A stretch of 64,000 bases of DNA. Source: Chara braunii (Eukaryota > Plantae > Charophyceae). The number at the start of each line of letters is the position of its first letter. Positions within the stretch are counted from its first letter, which is position 1. The stretch lies in NCBI GenBank assembly GCA_003427395.1, contig BFEA01000034.1:858549-922548 (forward strand). The letters run 5' to 3'. Both the position numbers and the translations under genes were made by a program. Shown here piece after piece: positions 13,111 to 27,181 of the stretch. The notes beneath the pieces were generated by a model. That model saw only the letters and a list, made by a program, of their open reading frames with translations, had not been told where the DNA came from and did not search any database.

Positions 13111-14551
13111 NCCCGAAGTCCTGATGTACGAGCCGATATCACTTCAAATATCGGTAACTTATGGCTTCAATAAAAACTTTATAGACTTAGTTGTTATCAT
13201 GAAATCACATTTCAGGTTTTAAAAATACGATTTCGGTAACACAAAGGACGAATTCGGGTTTCAAAACCACGAATTCACTATTTTTTCGTTACCAAGTTTC
13301 GCTATCCCTTTCGGCAAAATTTCGGGGCCTTATTGACCACGAGTGCATGACCTGCCGTTTCAACCAATGTGTGTGGCGTCGGCCTCAGAACCGATTACCG
13401 AGGTAAAAACAAATAAATAGATAAATAAATAAATAATAAAACTAAGAATGAACGTCGCGCGTCCCGCTTGCCCGCGACGTCGCGCACAGCCAGGTAGTGT
13501 ATGTTGCCCCTCACCGTCAATACCCCGTGCGCGCCGCTCATCCAGGCGAGGACCCAAGCTTCCTCTCTCGCGGGTGTGGCTGCACTGTCGTAACTTACAG
13601 AAAAAACGCCAAATACCTTTGTAAGGGTATTTGGTACAACATCGTGCCTACCGCAAGCTGCTACCCGAAGTCCCATCTTGAAGATAAACGAGACTCTGGC
13701 CACTGCAGCCTAATGGGCGCCGACCTACTGTGGAAAGCACGTCGTTAGGAAAGTCAAGGTTAATTTCTGGAGGCGGGCATACTGATGGTTTAATTGGATC
13801 GCTCAATTGCATTTCCGATTTTGTCTTTTTTTTTAACTATTCCCAAATAAACCAAACAAGTCACTCACGTGCTCCCTTTCTTCGTTTTTATTTTAGGGGA
13901 ACCACAACTTACCTTTGCTCAAAGCCTGATGTCTGGTCCCATTTATCTATTGAAATTGATGCAGAAAAATTAGAGAAAAAATAAATATCTTTTTTTTTTT
14001 TTTTTTTTTTTACCACAATCCCACGCTAGGAGAGGCGATATGAGCTGCCCTCTTGCCTGGCCCGGTCGCTCCAATCTATGGGCGACTTGAAAACGGGTTC
14101 ACCATTCATGTCTTAACGTTTGAAATTCTGATTTATCTCTCATGTCCATATTGCTAGCCATGCATTTGCTTGCATGTCTTGTTTTGTCGTCATCAACTGA
14201 TATTGTTTAAAGACGTTTTGTATCCACTGTCTACTATGCAACACATTCCAATCAAACCAATAAACCATGCATGCTCTGCCTCCTTCTCGCACATCATGTC
14301 AATAACTTGTTCTCCCAAATCGCGACCAAGGCCTCCTCTTGCAGATTCGTATTGCCCTTCCTCTGCCAGCTTCCCAATAACCCCTTCTCTTCTGTTATCT
14401 GATGTCGTCGTTCTGCCTGACCTTATGACATTGTCCTTTTATCTGCACTGATTATAGATCTGCTCTTGCACCGACACTCCCGAAATTCTTCACGACCATC
14501 CACCGCTCCCTGTTTCTCTTCCATACCATCACAGAATGCCTCAACTCTTCA

Positions 14552-15133
14552 ATGTTGCTTGTCCACATAGACACGGTTCCATCACACGATGGTAGCAATT
14601 CCACCCTGACTTCACTTTGCCCCTATGTGACTTTGCACAACGACGATTGTTTGTCACAAACCCTCATTGATGATTACTCTAACCTTCTCATGTATGCAGT
14701 GCCTTCCGTGGTTGTCCTTGACTGCTTCACATACACCCACAGACTGGTCGTCAAAGACTATCAATATGTTGCCCGCCAACTTCGTCGCTATCTGCACAAG
14801 CGTTCGTTGTCCACACTGACACATTTGTTTATTCCGGTCCACGACCACAACAACCACTGGACGTTAGGTTGCTTAGATTTTATTCACTACCAAGTTTTGT
14901 ATTACAACAATTTATACTTAGATGACAACAAATTATTCCACATGCTTCGCGACTGGCGGGATGAGTAAATTGATACTTTAGCGGCATTCCTTGATGCACC
15001 ATATACCATTATTAACAACCCTATCCAAACCAATGGTTTCGACTGTGGTATGTTCACAATGACCATGATCCGTTGTCGGGTGACCACAAACCAGTCGGCC
15101 ACCCGAAATACAAAGAATTGGACCCTGGATTGA
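14552..15133 (+). pseudogene. Ulp1/SENP-like (peptidase C48) protease relic, probably TE-associated
   Basis: LFIPVHDHNNHWTLGCLDF (catalytic His) and YYNNL (usual YYDSL position). After an in-frame TAA at 14966-14968 the same frame reads PIQTNGFDCGMF (oxyanion Gln, catalytic Cys). Confidence 0.8.
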
Positions 15134-18100
15134 ATGCCTGGCTAGGATTTATCAGACATTCTCATTAGAACGGTCGGGGAAAATTAGGGGACCTCGGAGG
15201 GACTCTTAAATCCCATGCATCAACCGCGAAAACTAACCTTTGAAATTAATAAGATGAACAACCTCCCTTATCGTACCTGACACCTACCTATTTCATCTAT
15301 TTAGAGGGAGTCTCTAAGTCCATCGGTCATGGAGCAAGGGTGCTTTAGTAAACCTTCGGGCGATACTTTCGCGCTGACCAATTAACGGGGGACTGAGGCC
15401 TCGATTTTTATTATAATCTAACAAAGAAATTAAAAATAAGTAAAAGAATTAAAAATGTTAAAGAGGAGAGGGAACGGATGATTATTTTATTATTTGACCA
15501 ATTTTCACCAAATTCTGCTCTTGATGAATTTTTGCATAGAATTATTTATTTATCGTCCCCTCGTCGATTTGAACGGATTTTGTTATTCATAAACCCGTCA
15601 CAAAATTTTACTTGATCTCCCTGATTATTACCCTCGCTATAACCCGGGTATTATGGAGTGAGCGAGACCGGTATCTCTCTGGTCCCACAGACATTGGTAA
15701 CATCGGCGGGTGGATCAGCCGAGCCTGTTTTCATGTTACGGCGCCCAGGTCAAAGTGGTGCGGTCATTGGTCCAACAGAGGTGTGGTACTGGGGCAGTAT
15801 ACTACGGGCTGTTCCTATTTTTCAGATTCGGTCACTGGTTCGGAACTGGGACTGGAATAGATCACTCCAGTTTGGTGCCATTTGTCGAAGGCTCGATACT
15901 ATTGCAACGGCACGGCCACAGGCTCGTCACTAGTGTCGCAGCACGACACTGCTATGTTAGTATGGTCTCGGACTTGGCACAAATACAACTATTTGGTAAG
16001 ATATTTGGTCAGGTCTGGTACTCCTGCAACTCGCTCTAGCTTGACATCATTAATTTGATTCGACATACCGCTGATTCGGCATGACTATTTCGATATAGTT
16101 TTCGATTCGGAACTGCTATGCCTACAGGATCGCAACTGGTCCATATTTTGGCTATGGCTACGGACTAAGGGCTGAACCTATAAAATTGACGCTGATATTT
16201 CGAATTACGGGAATTTACGTGCCTTGGAGGCTCGGTGTGGCTAAGCCCTCGGAACCACTGGGGAACTGTTACTTACGGGCTGTGAATGTTCCTGCTTAGA
16301 AGGCCTGGTATCAAAGGTACCAACGTTCAGCTGCGGGGCTGGCCAAGTGAAAATGGGGACTGGGTGAAGGGGACCTGGGTGGTAAAAGCTATAGCAGCGG
16401 CCCCTGAGGAGAGAACACATTCGGACGGGGGCCAAAACGAAGGGCGTGCCTGGTGTACCCCACCATCTCCAGTACTTCGATCAGGGTTAGAATAGCCTGG
16501 TTGGTGAAGGAGGAGGAGGTAAGCTGCAATTGGGGGATTTGCTCTAGGGGCGCGCACGACGCACACAGGGCGTGTTCACCAGGCTTATGGAGCCGGTTCG
16601 TTCAGACTAGCAGTGCGACGTAGTGCAACACAGGGGAGGGTGTGAGAAGTATACGACACTCGACACACCTCGAATTAGTCAGGGAGGGAAGCGCGTCACG
16701 CATGCGCAGCAAGGAACTGATGCTGAGAGGGACGGAAGAGCGTAACTGGTGTTCCCTGTCATCCCGAGCGCTTCGGATGAGGTTGATGTCCCAGTTGGGG
16801 GCGAAGACAGAGATTGTAGTTCAGGGTGGGATCATTTCAGGGTGTTGGAGGGTGGGCAACAGCGAAGAGCAGAAGGGCGAGTGTACCATGTGTGTCGTGG
16901 GGAGGGAAAGATTGCATAATAGTGATGGGGGGTTGCCGGGAGAAAATTTGAGCCGACAGGGAAGGGGCATGTACGAGTCATACTCGTCAAAGACTGATTC
17001 AACCATAATACTGGTTGTGGTACCAGACACGATCGACAGAACTCGACCAAGGCACTAGTTGCCGGGCAGGACCAACTCATCAAAGGCGGACTCAACCATA
17101 GTACTGGCTGTTGTATCAGACGCTACCGATAGAGGTAGATTCAAGCAGGGCACTGGCTGCAGAACGGGGTATATTGCACACATGTTGCCTTATGAAGTCG
17201 AATTCAATTATAGCGCCGACTGTTGAAATAAATCATTGCGTGAGAGGGACATATTCCTCGATACCCCAGGTCGCAGAACTAATCATCTTGAGTTGTTTAT
17301 ATCCGCTACAAACGGAACTGAGTATTCCATTGTGAACTACTAGTACGACGACGAGCCTGCTGCATTGCGAACGACTAGCCGTGACAGAGGACACCGAACT
17401 GATCATTGCGAACGTAGTCCGCAGTCATATGAATTCCAGCTACCTGTTGAGAAAGAAGGGAAACTCGGACTCTTAATTCCATTTTGACGAAATGGCAGTT
17501 AAAGAAAGCTTGACCGATTAGGTATGTTTTGCTCTTGAATGGCCACGAGCTCATAGACTCAAGCGTTGAAAAAAAAACTTGTGTGTGTGAGTATGTTAGC
17601 GGGAAAGAGGAAGAGCGGACTAGAAGCGAACGAGAGGTACTGAGATAGGGAAAGAGGTTATAGCACAGGGAAAAGGATGTGTCAGTGAGAAAGCAGGGGC
17701 TTGAGAGTGAAACAGGGTTTATCCTAATTAAGACTATGGCTTAATTGTCAAGCACCCGTTTCAAAAATTATTCCAGGTATAGTTCGACAAAGAAAAGAAA
17801 CAGTGAACCGTTTTCTGTAACGGGTTATGAAACAGGAGAACGTAGGGGATTGAGGCTGGGGTGAGTGAGAAGGACAGATTGGCTCACGCGAGCCGCAAGG
17901 AGAGATAGATGGTGGGTGAGAGAGAGAGGAGCAAAAGAGCGTGGGGCAGCGTATATGACCGAGTGGGAGAGAGAGGAAGATAGCACACATAAGTGCGTAT
18001 GTGTATGCGGGCGTGAGGTGTGGAGTGAGGAACTGAGGGAGCAAGGACAAACGCGAGAAAGGGACGAGTGTGAGCTTGAGGGAGTGAGGGAGAGAGGTTG

Positions 18101-20474
18101 CACTGAATTGTTGTGCCCTCACCTACAGCATGTGCTTGAACACACATGGACTAAAAGTTGCCTCTAATGCAGTCTTCATGGACGTGCTTTCTAATAAGGA
18201 AAACGTAGTAGTAGATTATTTTTCCTGAATGTTGCAGGTGGCAGACTTCAATGTACTTGGATTGAAAGTTGTTCCAGATACGGCTCGGGCGACCGAGCGT
18301 TTTGTTTTTAGGAAAGACTATAATAGTAAAAGATATCTGAATTGGACTCGTGTGTATGAGAGAGAGAACGAGAGAGAAATTTGGTTGGTGGCATGGAGGC
18401 GCATCAGCGCTCAGAGGAATGGCTTATGGCCTTGTATCCATCTATATTTCCCCAAAAATTTTGTTTTATTTTTATTAGTAGAGCTTGAGCTCACTGCAGT
18501 GTGTGCGCCTCTGGGAGCCAGGGGATACACATGCCACACAAGGTCCTGCAGATGATTGGGGCGCCGTTATCTACCGCTAAATCACCCCTCGGTTGAGTGG
18601 TAATTATCTTATTCTGGTTAATACTTGCTCCTCTTATTTGTTACTTGGCAACAAATTGTTCTGAAGCAAAGGGACAAGACAGTTCTGATAAGAATAAGTC
18701 AGGAATCGAAACTCACCTAAGAAACAGGGTTGGTTTAATTAGACATAATAATTTGTTATTTTTCTATGATCAAATGATGATATGATGTCGTCCCATGAGT
18801 AAGGAGAGTGATAGGCGGCTCTTGAAAGATCCCCTACTGATCGTCGAGGACCTCGGAAGCGGGCGAAGTGAGTGACAGGCATTGTTGCCCTTGGCTTCAG
18901 AGAATAGTACGCGACCCCTCCCCGGGTTTTCTCACATCGTCACCTACCGCCTCACAATTTCCTCCCTCATCGCTCGCACCTCTCAGAAATTGACATTCAT
19001 TCACAATGAATTACTGGCTCGCCATTTACAGACCATTGTGCCACATCGATCTGTTTGCGTTCCTGTCTGCCCAGCTCTGCTTTGTCAATGGCCCACACTT
19101 TGACCTCTCGATCGGCCCGATCGGCATGCTCTTTTGCTTGGGTTCTTGTGGGCTTTCTGCATCACGCATCGTCATGGTGAACATGATATATATTCTCGTG
19201 TCTTCCTAAGATAAATACTATGTCGATCTTGTCTTCACCCCACATGCCTCATCAACCCTTTGTCTTCCACTTTGCCGCCAACTTGCTTATGCGCATCTCT
19301 GTCCACCTCTAAAACCATTTTCTTTCTTCAACAACACTCTGCATTGCTTGAATCCTATTGTTCATGAAACCTGCAATATGCTTTTACGGCTGCCTCTGCA
19401 CACCCACTCGTTTATGGCCTACTCAGATTATGTCCTAATTGAATTATGTTTTGTCTATTCAACAATCTTTGTCAATGGTCATGTCTTTCGTATGCATTTC
19501 AATTCCTAATCATTATTGATGGCTGGATTCAATACCTTCTCCCTTGCCTTCCTTAAAATGTCCCTCACACAACAATGCAAGTGGTTGCGCCAAAATCTAT
19601 TTCCTGCCCCTGCTCGATATTCGTATGGTCTATGAGCAGCGCAACTATTCGTGTGAGCATAAGTAGGTTGTGCGTGGTATGCCAAGGACTGTCATGCGGA
19701 ATTAAAAGAAAAATATACCTTAATTTTCAGTAAATAAAAGAAAGCATGACCCTTGGCAAGTAAAACTAGTTGCACTGGTTGGTTGCCACGAGCGCAAGAC
19801 TTCCTTTGCACCAGCCAAATAACATTTGGGCAATCATGGGATCTCCCATTCAGAGCATAGTTGGTGCCAACTGTACCTATCACATAAGTTTATGTCTGTG
19901 TGTTTGTTTGCCATGCAACACTGAAAAAGCAAAACCGGAAGAGATGGTGACGGACGAAAAAGAAGGAGACATCGTCGGGGCAGACACACCGGCCGTAAAT
20001 CTTACAGACAAACACTGCCGTGTTAGGCCAATTAGCATTGACATAAACAAGAAACATGTTAATGGTGATATGTACATGTCGAACACAAACATTGCAGACA
20101 CCGTTGGCTCACCCATGTATAGGCAACAAAATTGGTCTTAGAGGATGTTGGTTGTCGCAAAGGAGAGATGTTTCCACCAGTAATCATGGAAAGACTGTAT
20201 CAACCTCCAGCCCCTGCAACCCCCCTTCTCCTGGACTGCCCAGGTTTGGTTATGCTCATCCTTGTGTTCAACGATGATGGATGTGGGGGAAAGAAAATGA
20301 TATGATAAGATGTGAATGTATTTGTCACCCAAAGTCTGTTGATGTTTATAAGGGAGGAGATTTAAGCAGAAGTGGAGGCATGCACCACCAAAACTTGTTG
20401 TTCGACTGTGTGTGTATGTGTGTGTGTGTGTGTGTGTGGTGCGCACGCTACACCCGGACAACATCTCAAACTGC

Positions 20475-20537
<63 letters not shown>

Positions 20538-20961
20538 CCGCTTGCTCGCTCGCTCTGGTCCACACGCTACGCCCAGACAACATCTCAAACTGCCTCACCT
20601 GGCCATCAATCTCACCACACTCCCACGGTCTCACCCACGGGCCGACTGAGGGCTATGGTTGAGTAGCGGGTTGAGGGCTATTAGGTTTTGCCCTTCCTAT
20701 TTTCTTCGAGTGTCCGCCATCTGATTTGCAAATCTATGCGGTGTATGGTCGTGGGAGTATGACGAGGGTGTGACGCGATGTATGTGATGGCAATGTGAGT
20801 GTGAGATGTTGTTTGGGACTTTGGGAGTCACCTGGGCTTTCGTGCACTCGTGGGTGCACAAACAATCAGAGATAGAGAGAGAGAAAGAGAGGCAACCCTG
20901 AGATGTTACCATCGACTGAACGACATAGCGGGATTTGAACTCACGGCATGCCCGCGCGCGC

Positions 20962-21016
<55 letters not shown>

Positions 21017-21017
21017 N

Positions 21018-21080
<63 letters not shown>

Positions 21081-21472
21081 TATGCGTATGTGCGGCCAAG
21101 AGAGAAAAGTCTTGTGTATTCGTGTGTCTGTGCGGGGTGCCTCTCGAGAGAGAGAGACCATCTATTGTGCCTGCATCGAGCCGCCACCTTGGCGCACAGA
21201 AGAAGAAGAGAGTCGCTTTCGTTGCACTCAAAGATAATCGACCAATTTATATGTCGATTGATTGATTGATTGATTGATCATTCACGTTCGCCCAACCTTC
21301 GAGTTCGGCGCGCGTTTCTCTATCTCTCTATGTCTATCAATCAAGCAATCAATCAATCAATCATCGAGTGTGTATATTCGATTAGTTCCGAGCGGTCACA
21401 CCATTTCGAGTCCCAAATGACAAATTTATCTAAATAATTCCGCGCAAAAGTTTTGAAAATTGGAAATAATCC

Positions 21473-22410
21473 GCAACACAAAACGACGATTTATAGCAGA
21501 TTTCATAACAAAATATTGCATAATAATAAACATAATATTTTGAAAACAAACTGCGTGAGCGAAAACGAAAAGAACGTAATTCCAGAAAATGACACTTCGC
21601 CTCAGTTACCCCTGATCACGGTTAGAATGCGGGTTAGGGCTGAATTGGATTGATGAGTGATTAACGCTAACTAGTGCAACCGAAAAACAGCGCTAAAAAA
21701 GAATGTCCTTCAGACAAAAGAAAATTTTCCGAAAATTAACGAAATCCTACTCAATCAGTCAGTCAATCGATCAATCAATCAATCAATAATGTTTTAATGA
21801 TTGATTGACTGATCCGCATCGTACCCGTATCTGCAGAGGATCGACGTGGAGGGTCAACCAATCGATCGAATAATCAATCAATCAATCAATCAATCAATCT
21901 ATCCATCAATCCATAAATCAATAAATCAATCAATCAATCAATCCGTCGATATCGATGGATCAACTCGTTGAAGATCTGTCGATATCGACGGATGGATTCA
22001 TCCGTTCATGTCGACGGATCAACTCGTTCAAGATCCGTCGGTATAGACGGATCTTCAACGATTTGATTCGTCGATATCAATGAATGGATTGCTTGATTGG
22101 TTGATTGAGTTCTTAATTGATTGATATCAACATAAAACGATGATTTATAGCAGATTTCATAACAAAATATTGCATAATAATAAACATAATATTTTGAAAC
22201 AAACTGCGTGAGAGAAAACAAAAAGAACGTAATTCCAGAAAACGACACTTTGCGATTAACCCTAATCACGGTCAGAATGCGGGTTAGGGCTGAAGAGGGT
22301 TAATGAGTCATTAACGCTAATTAGCACAATCACAAATCATCGTTAATCAGCGCTAACTAAAAATGTCCTTCATACAAAAGAAAAATTTTCGGGAATTCAC
22401 GAAACTCAAT
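21473..22410 (+). repeat. ~280-bp direct duplication (~21473-21750 and ~22127-22410) separated by (ATCA)n and GATC-rich repeats
   Basis: caaca.aaaacga.gatttatagcagatttcataacaaaatattgcataataataaacataat...tgcgggttagggctgaa is present twice. Confidence 0.85.
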
Positions 22411-22417
22411 CAGTTAG

Positions 22418-22466
<49 letters not shown>

Positions 22467-23119
22467 TAATCAGTAAAAAGAGCGCGGGGGCAGGGGGCCG
22501 AACTTGCAACGTGGCGGGTAGCCGAAGCTAAGGCGGCTGAGGTGGAGGAGGAAGCGGAAGCGGAACTTTGCGGCGCACTTGCCACGTGGCTATGGTGAGG
22601 GCCCACTTGCCACGTGGCGCACTTGCCACGTGCCGAACTTTGTACGGCCGGAGGGGGGTGCGTTTCTGTCGGGAAGCGGAAGTGGAACTTTGTGGCGCAC
22701 TTACAACGTGCCGAACTTAGTCGGGATCGAGTCGGGATTAGTCGGGATCGAGTCGTGATCGAGTCGGCATCGCTCTCTCTCTCTCTCTCACACTCTCTTT
22801 CTCTCTCTCACTCTCTCACTCTCTCGCTCTTTCTCTCTCTCTCCCTCTCTCTTTCTCTCTCTCTCAATCAATCAATCAATCAATCAATTAGTAAAAGGGG
22901 GGGGGGAGGTGGGGAGGAGGAGGCACCGGAATCAATCAATCTATTAATCAATCAATCAATCAATCAATAAAGTCTGCATTTCGACATTGATCGGGTATGA
23001 TTATTCGTATGGTTGCCTTTCGCGGGGAGGTACGGTCGGGGGGGGGGTGCGTTTCTCTCCCTCCTCATTCAGATCACTCAAGATACCTATGGCGCATGGC
23101 GCCCAACAATCCCTCCCGA

Positions 23120-23180
23120 GCAAGAAGAAGAAGTAAACGAAGAAGCTGAAGATGAAGAAGAAGACCAAGAAGAATACCAA

Positions 23181-23215
<35 letters not shown>

Positions 23216-23357
23216 AGAAGAAGAAGAAGAAGAAGAAGAAGAAGAAAGATGAAAAAGAAGAAGAAGATGAAAAAAAAGAAGAAAAAGAAGACAAAACATC
23301 CACCAAGACGAAGAAGAAGACGAAGAAGTAGTTGTATAAGAAGAAAACGAAGACGAA

Positions 23358-23389
<32 letters not shown>

Positions 23390-23638
23390 AGAAGAAGAAG
23401 AAGAAGAAGAAGAAGAAGAAGAAGAAGAAGAAGAAGAAGAAGAAGAAGAAGAAGAGAAGACGAAGTAGACGAAGAAGAAGAAGAAGAAGAAGAAGAAGAA
23501 GAAGAAGACGAAGAAGAAGAAGAAGAAGAGAAGAAGAAGGAGGAAGAGGAACCTACCAGCAGAAGCCATATCTTCCTCTTCTCTTCTTCTCGTCAAATGC
23601 CGCAAAATTTCTTCTCATCAAATGCCGTCAAATGTCGC

Positions 23639-23691
<53 letters not shown>

Positions 23692-23698
23692 GCTATGG

Positions 23699-23732
<34 letters not shown>

Positions 23733-23845
23733 CCATCTGCGTGCTGAGGTTGCTCAAGCTCAAGCTCCTCAACATGGAACCTTCCCCCTCGTGCACAGTA
23801 TATATGGCGAAGAGAGCGAGTAACGGACCAAGGAGCCGCGCCAGT

Positions 23846-23935
<90 letters not shown>
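23120..23935. repeat. (GAA/GAC)n, (CT)n and (GA)n microsatellite block
   Basis: Read directly. The ORFs here are homopolymeric E/K/R/S translations. Confidence 0.9.
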
Positions 23936-23937
<2 letters not shown>

Positions 23938-24822
23938 ACCTTCAAATACCACCATTGAACTGAATGGCATAACGGTGTCGGACAAAATACCCTTACAAGG
24001 GTATTTTGCCATGCCTCTGCATTCGACACGGTGGCCGCGTCGGCTACCATGACGGAGCCAGTCTGGAATGAAAGGGTGTGCACGCTTGGCGTGACACTGG
24101 AATCAAATTCCTCGGCCACTGAGGCCGGGGCAAAATCGGTGAGAAAATTTCGTTAAGTATGTGCGCGCGTTATTATGATGCGCGCCGTGGTGATTAGGAT
24201 CAGTAGTAATACCCCTCGACAGAAGAGGTCGTGGGGTCAGGTGGGTTAATGAAGTGTCTGGTAGGTCTACGACACGCACTGAGACTTGGTCTAGTGCCTG
24301 TCTATCTTCCGGTACCAGCTGTTTTAAAAATTTCGGTCTTTGTCTTTCCCCTACTCGACCTCCAAGTCAAGTACCGCCGCGTCTACCTCAAGATGGTGAG
24401 GTACCGACCCACCTGCTACTTGAGTGTTGTCCGCCGCTCTTAACGCGTAGCGGACCTCTTTTTCCGCCACTTGAGTGTTTTCTCGTTGCAACCCTCGAAT
24501 GTCGTGGCCATGGCTAAGTACCAGCCTACCCGCCACTTGGGTTTTTCCTGTTGCAACCCTCGAATGTCGCGGCCATAGCCAGGCACCGGCCTGCCCGCCG
24601 CTAGAATGTTTCCCCGCCACGACCCTCAAAGGGGCGCAGCCATAACTAAGTACCATCCTTCAGGCCTACCGTCCCACCAACTGCCCTTGGGGCCGCGCAC
24701 ATACTCAAGCCAACAAGCCTACGGACGGGCGCACTGACTGGCAAGCATGCACAAACACGCAGGCTAAGAAGGTCAGACCAACTACGTCTACTTATAGGGG
24801 AGGCGGCTCTTTACCATATTGT

Positions 24823-24894
24823 GGTAAAAGCTAGCCCAGTAGGTAGAGGAACGGACTGATAAGCAAGGGACACTGGGATCGAATCCGACTTGCC
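24823..24894 (+). ncRNA. tRNA-like (Pol III A/B box) sequence; probably a tRNA-derived SINE head or tRNA pseudogene
   Basis: A-box-like TAGCCCAGTAGGTAGAG, anticodon-loop-like CTGATAA, B-box-like GGGATCGAATCC, partial acceptor pairing GGTAA../..TTGCC, and downstream T-runs. Stems are imperfect. Confidence 0.45.
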
Positions 24895-25984
24895 TTCGGG
24901 CTAGCTTTTTTGCTAGCTACAAAGGGGGCTTGGCCCGTTTTTTTTTTTACCCGCCTTCAGACGGGCGGGACTCGAGCCCACGACCTTACAAGTAGGAGTT
25001 TGTAAGGTTAGTTCATTAGTTAGAGCCGAGTGTCGTAGGGCTCCGACACTTGGCAAAATACGAGGAGATTGCAGGAGGAATCTCGTTAGATTTGTTATTT
25101 CTGTTTTTTTTATTTTAATTTTTAGATTTTTTTTTTTTTTTTTTTTACTTTTTTTTGTTGCCTCAACGGCCTACCTGCCCCGAGGTGCCCAAATGAATCG
25201 CGCCCCGATACTGGGGCAGATTCACCTAGTAGAGAGGCCACCCGATTGCGGCCAATAGAATCCGTCGCAGGGGCAAGGCGATACGAGCACATGGGTACAG
25301 CAGGGGCGCAGACAAAGAAAAGAGACGGGAAGGAGTACGGGCAAGCAATGCGAAGGAGGGCAGCGATCGCAACCGGAGTAGAAAAAAAAAAAAATCGGCT
25401 GGAAAAGAGAAGGTGAGAGGAGGAAGGAAGAAAGGAGGGAGAAGGGAGTGAAGGAAGGAGAAGGGGTCGAGGCCATACTTACCTAGCCGGACGACGAATC
25501 GGAGGCAGGCGACACACAGTAAGGGCGAAGGACTAGCTAGGAGAAGGCGAAAGAAGGAAAAAGGAGGAGTGGAGGAGAGGAGAAAGGAAGGAAGGAGGGA
25601 AGAGGAGAAAGAGAGAAAGAAGAAAGAAGGGAGGTGGAAAAAAAGAAGAAAAAGGAGAGGAGAAGGGAAGCTTACCTAACCGGACGAACGGTAACAACGG
25701 ACAACAACGACGACTGCGGCTCTAATAACGAGAACGGTGACGACAACGGGGAGCGGGAGAAAGAACGGGTGAGTCTCGTTCCTCGAGGTCGAATCCCACC
25801 ACCCCATAGTAATTACAATGAAATTGAATAAATAAACAAATAGATGAATAAATAAAACTAATGAATCTACCACTGAAATGTAGAAAGATTCGCTATGATC
25901 TAACTTATGTGTGCGAAAGAGAGAGATAGAGGGAGAGAGTTCTTCTTCTTCCTCTTCTAAGTCCACCATCGGACTACGAGAGGA

Positions 25985-26601
25985 GAGAGAGAGAGCTTGG
26001 TGACATTTGGATCCAAACTCGACATTGGACTTCAGACATTTTGAAGAGGGAACATTTGGGACTTGTAATGAGACTTGGTGTTGACTACTCTCCCATCTCC
26101 CCTTCCTCTACTTCGTCTGATCCCCTTATCTTCGTCTATGTATGTCTGACCTAGCGCCACCTTCTTGTATATAGCGCCAGGCCCCTCGCTCCATGGAGCG
26201 ATGATGATGTATGACGGGGATGCATTGCAAAATTGATTGTTCGGGTCATTGGTATCTAATGCTACCTTTACGCTTTCTCGAACTTGTGTGGGACGTCGGT
26301 TCTTGTCTGATCGGCGCCCGTACAGTAAGAAGTGGCATGGGGGTATGTGTAAGGGAGAGAGGGGAGAAAGATCGGAGAGGGAAGGACAAAGGAGGAGATG
26401 AGAAGGATCTGGGGGAGGGAGAAAGAGAGAGAGAGAGAGAATCTAAGTCTCCAACCTTGGCCATCAGCCAAGTCTCCCACCCGCGGTTCTCCGCAGGCAG
26501 CTTCGATCGATAGAATGAGCAAATCAAAAAAAGTGGTGGTGCCTGTTGCCACGTTTCAGCGAAAGATTCATCCCGGTTTGCTCATCCTATCGATGGACTG
26601 T

Positions 26602-26641
<40 letters not shown>

Positions 26642-26817
26642 NNNNNNNNNNNNNNNNNNNNNNNNNNNNNNNNNNNNNNNNNNNNNNNNNNNNNNNNNNN
26701 NNNNNNNNNNNNNNNNNNNNNNNNNNNNNNNNNNNNNNNNNNNNNNNNNNNNNNNNNNNNNNNNNNNNNNNNNNNNNNNNNNNNNNNNNNNNNNNNNNNN
26801 NNNNNNNNNNNNNNNNN

Positions 26818-26858
<41 letters not shown>

Positions 26859-27126
26859 TATAAGTCTCAAGCACCTGCGGCTCGCCGCGCAGTACTCGGA
26901 TCGATAGAATGAGTAAATCGAAAAAGTGGCAGTGTATATTTCCTCGTTTCGACGGAAGATTCATTCCGTTTTTGCTCAAATCCTATCGATGAAATGAGTG
27001 TGTGTGTGTGCGTGCGAGTGTGTATACGATGGTGCGTGTGTGTGGGTGCCTAAGGAGAGAAGGATACTTACCTGGTCGCCGCTGCCATTGTCACTACCGT
27101 CGGGCGACTGGCCCAAACGCAATGCA

Positions 27127-27181
<55 letters not shown>

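Noticed and set aside
13330-13748. Possible two-exon Cys-containing gene fragment after satellite II
   Set aside because: The splice sites are plausible, but no domain or start is recognisable.
19180-19232. GIY-YIG-like MIYILVSS*DKYYVDL
   Set aside because: The match is short and contains a stop, with no supporting downstream motifs or reverse transcriptase nearby.
23001-24119. Poly-E/K/R/S and RE/SL repeat ORFs
   Set aside because: They are microsatellite translations.
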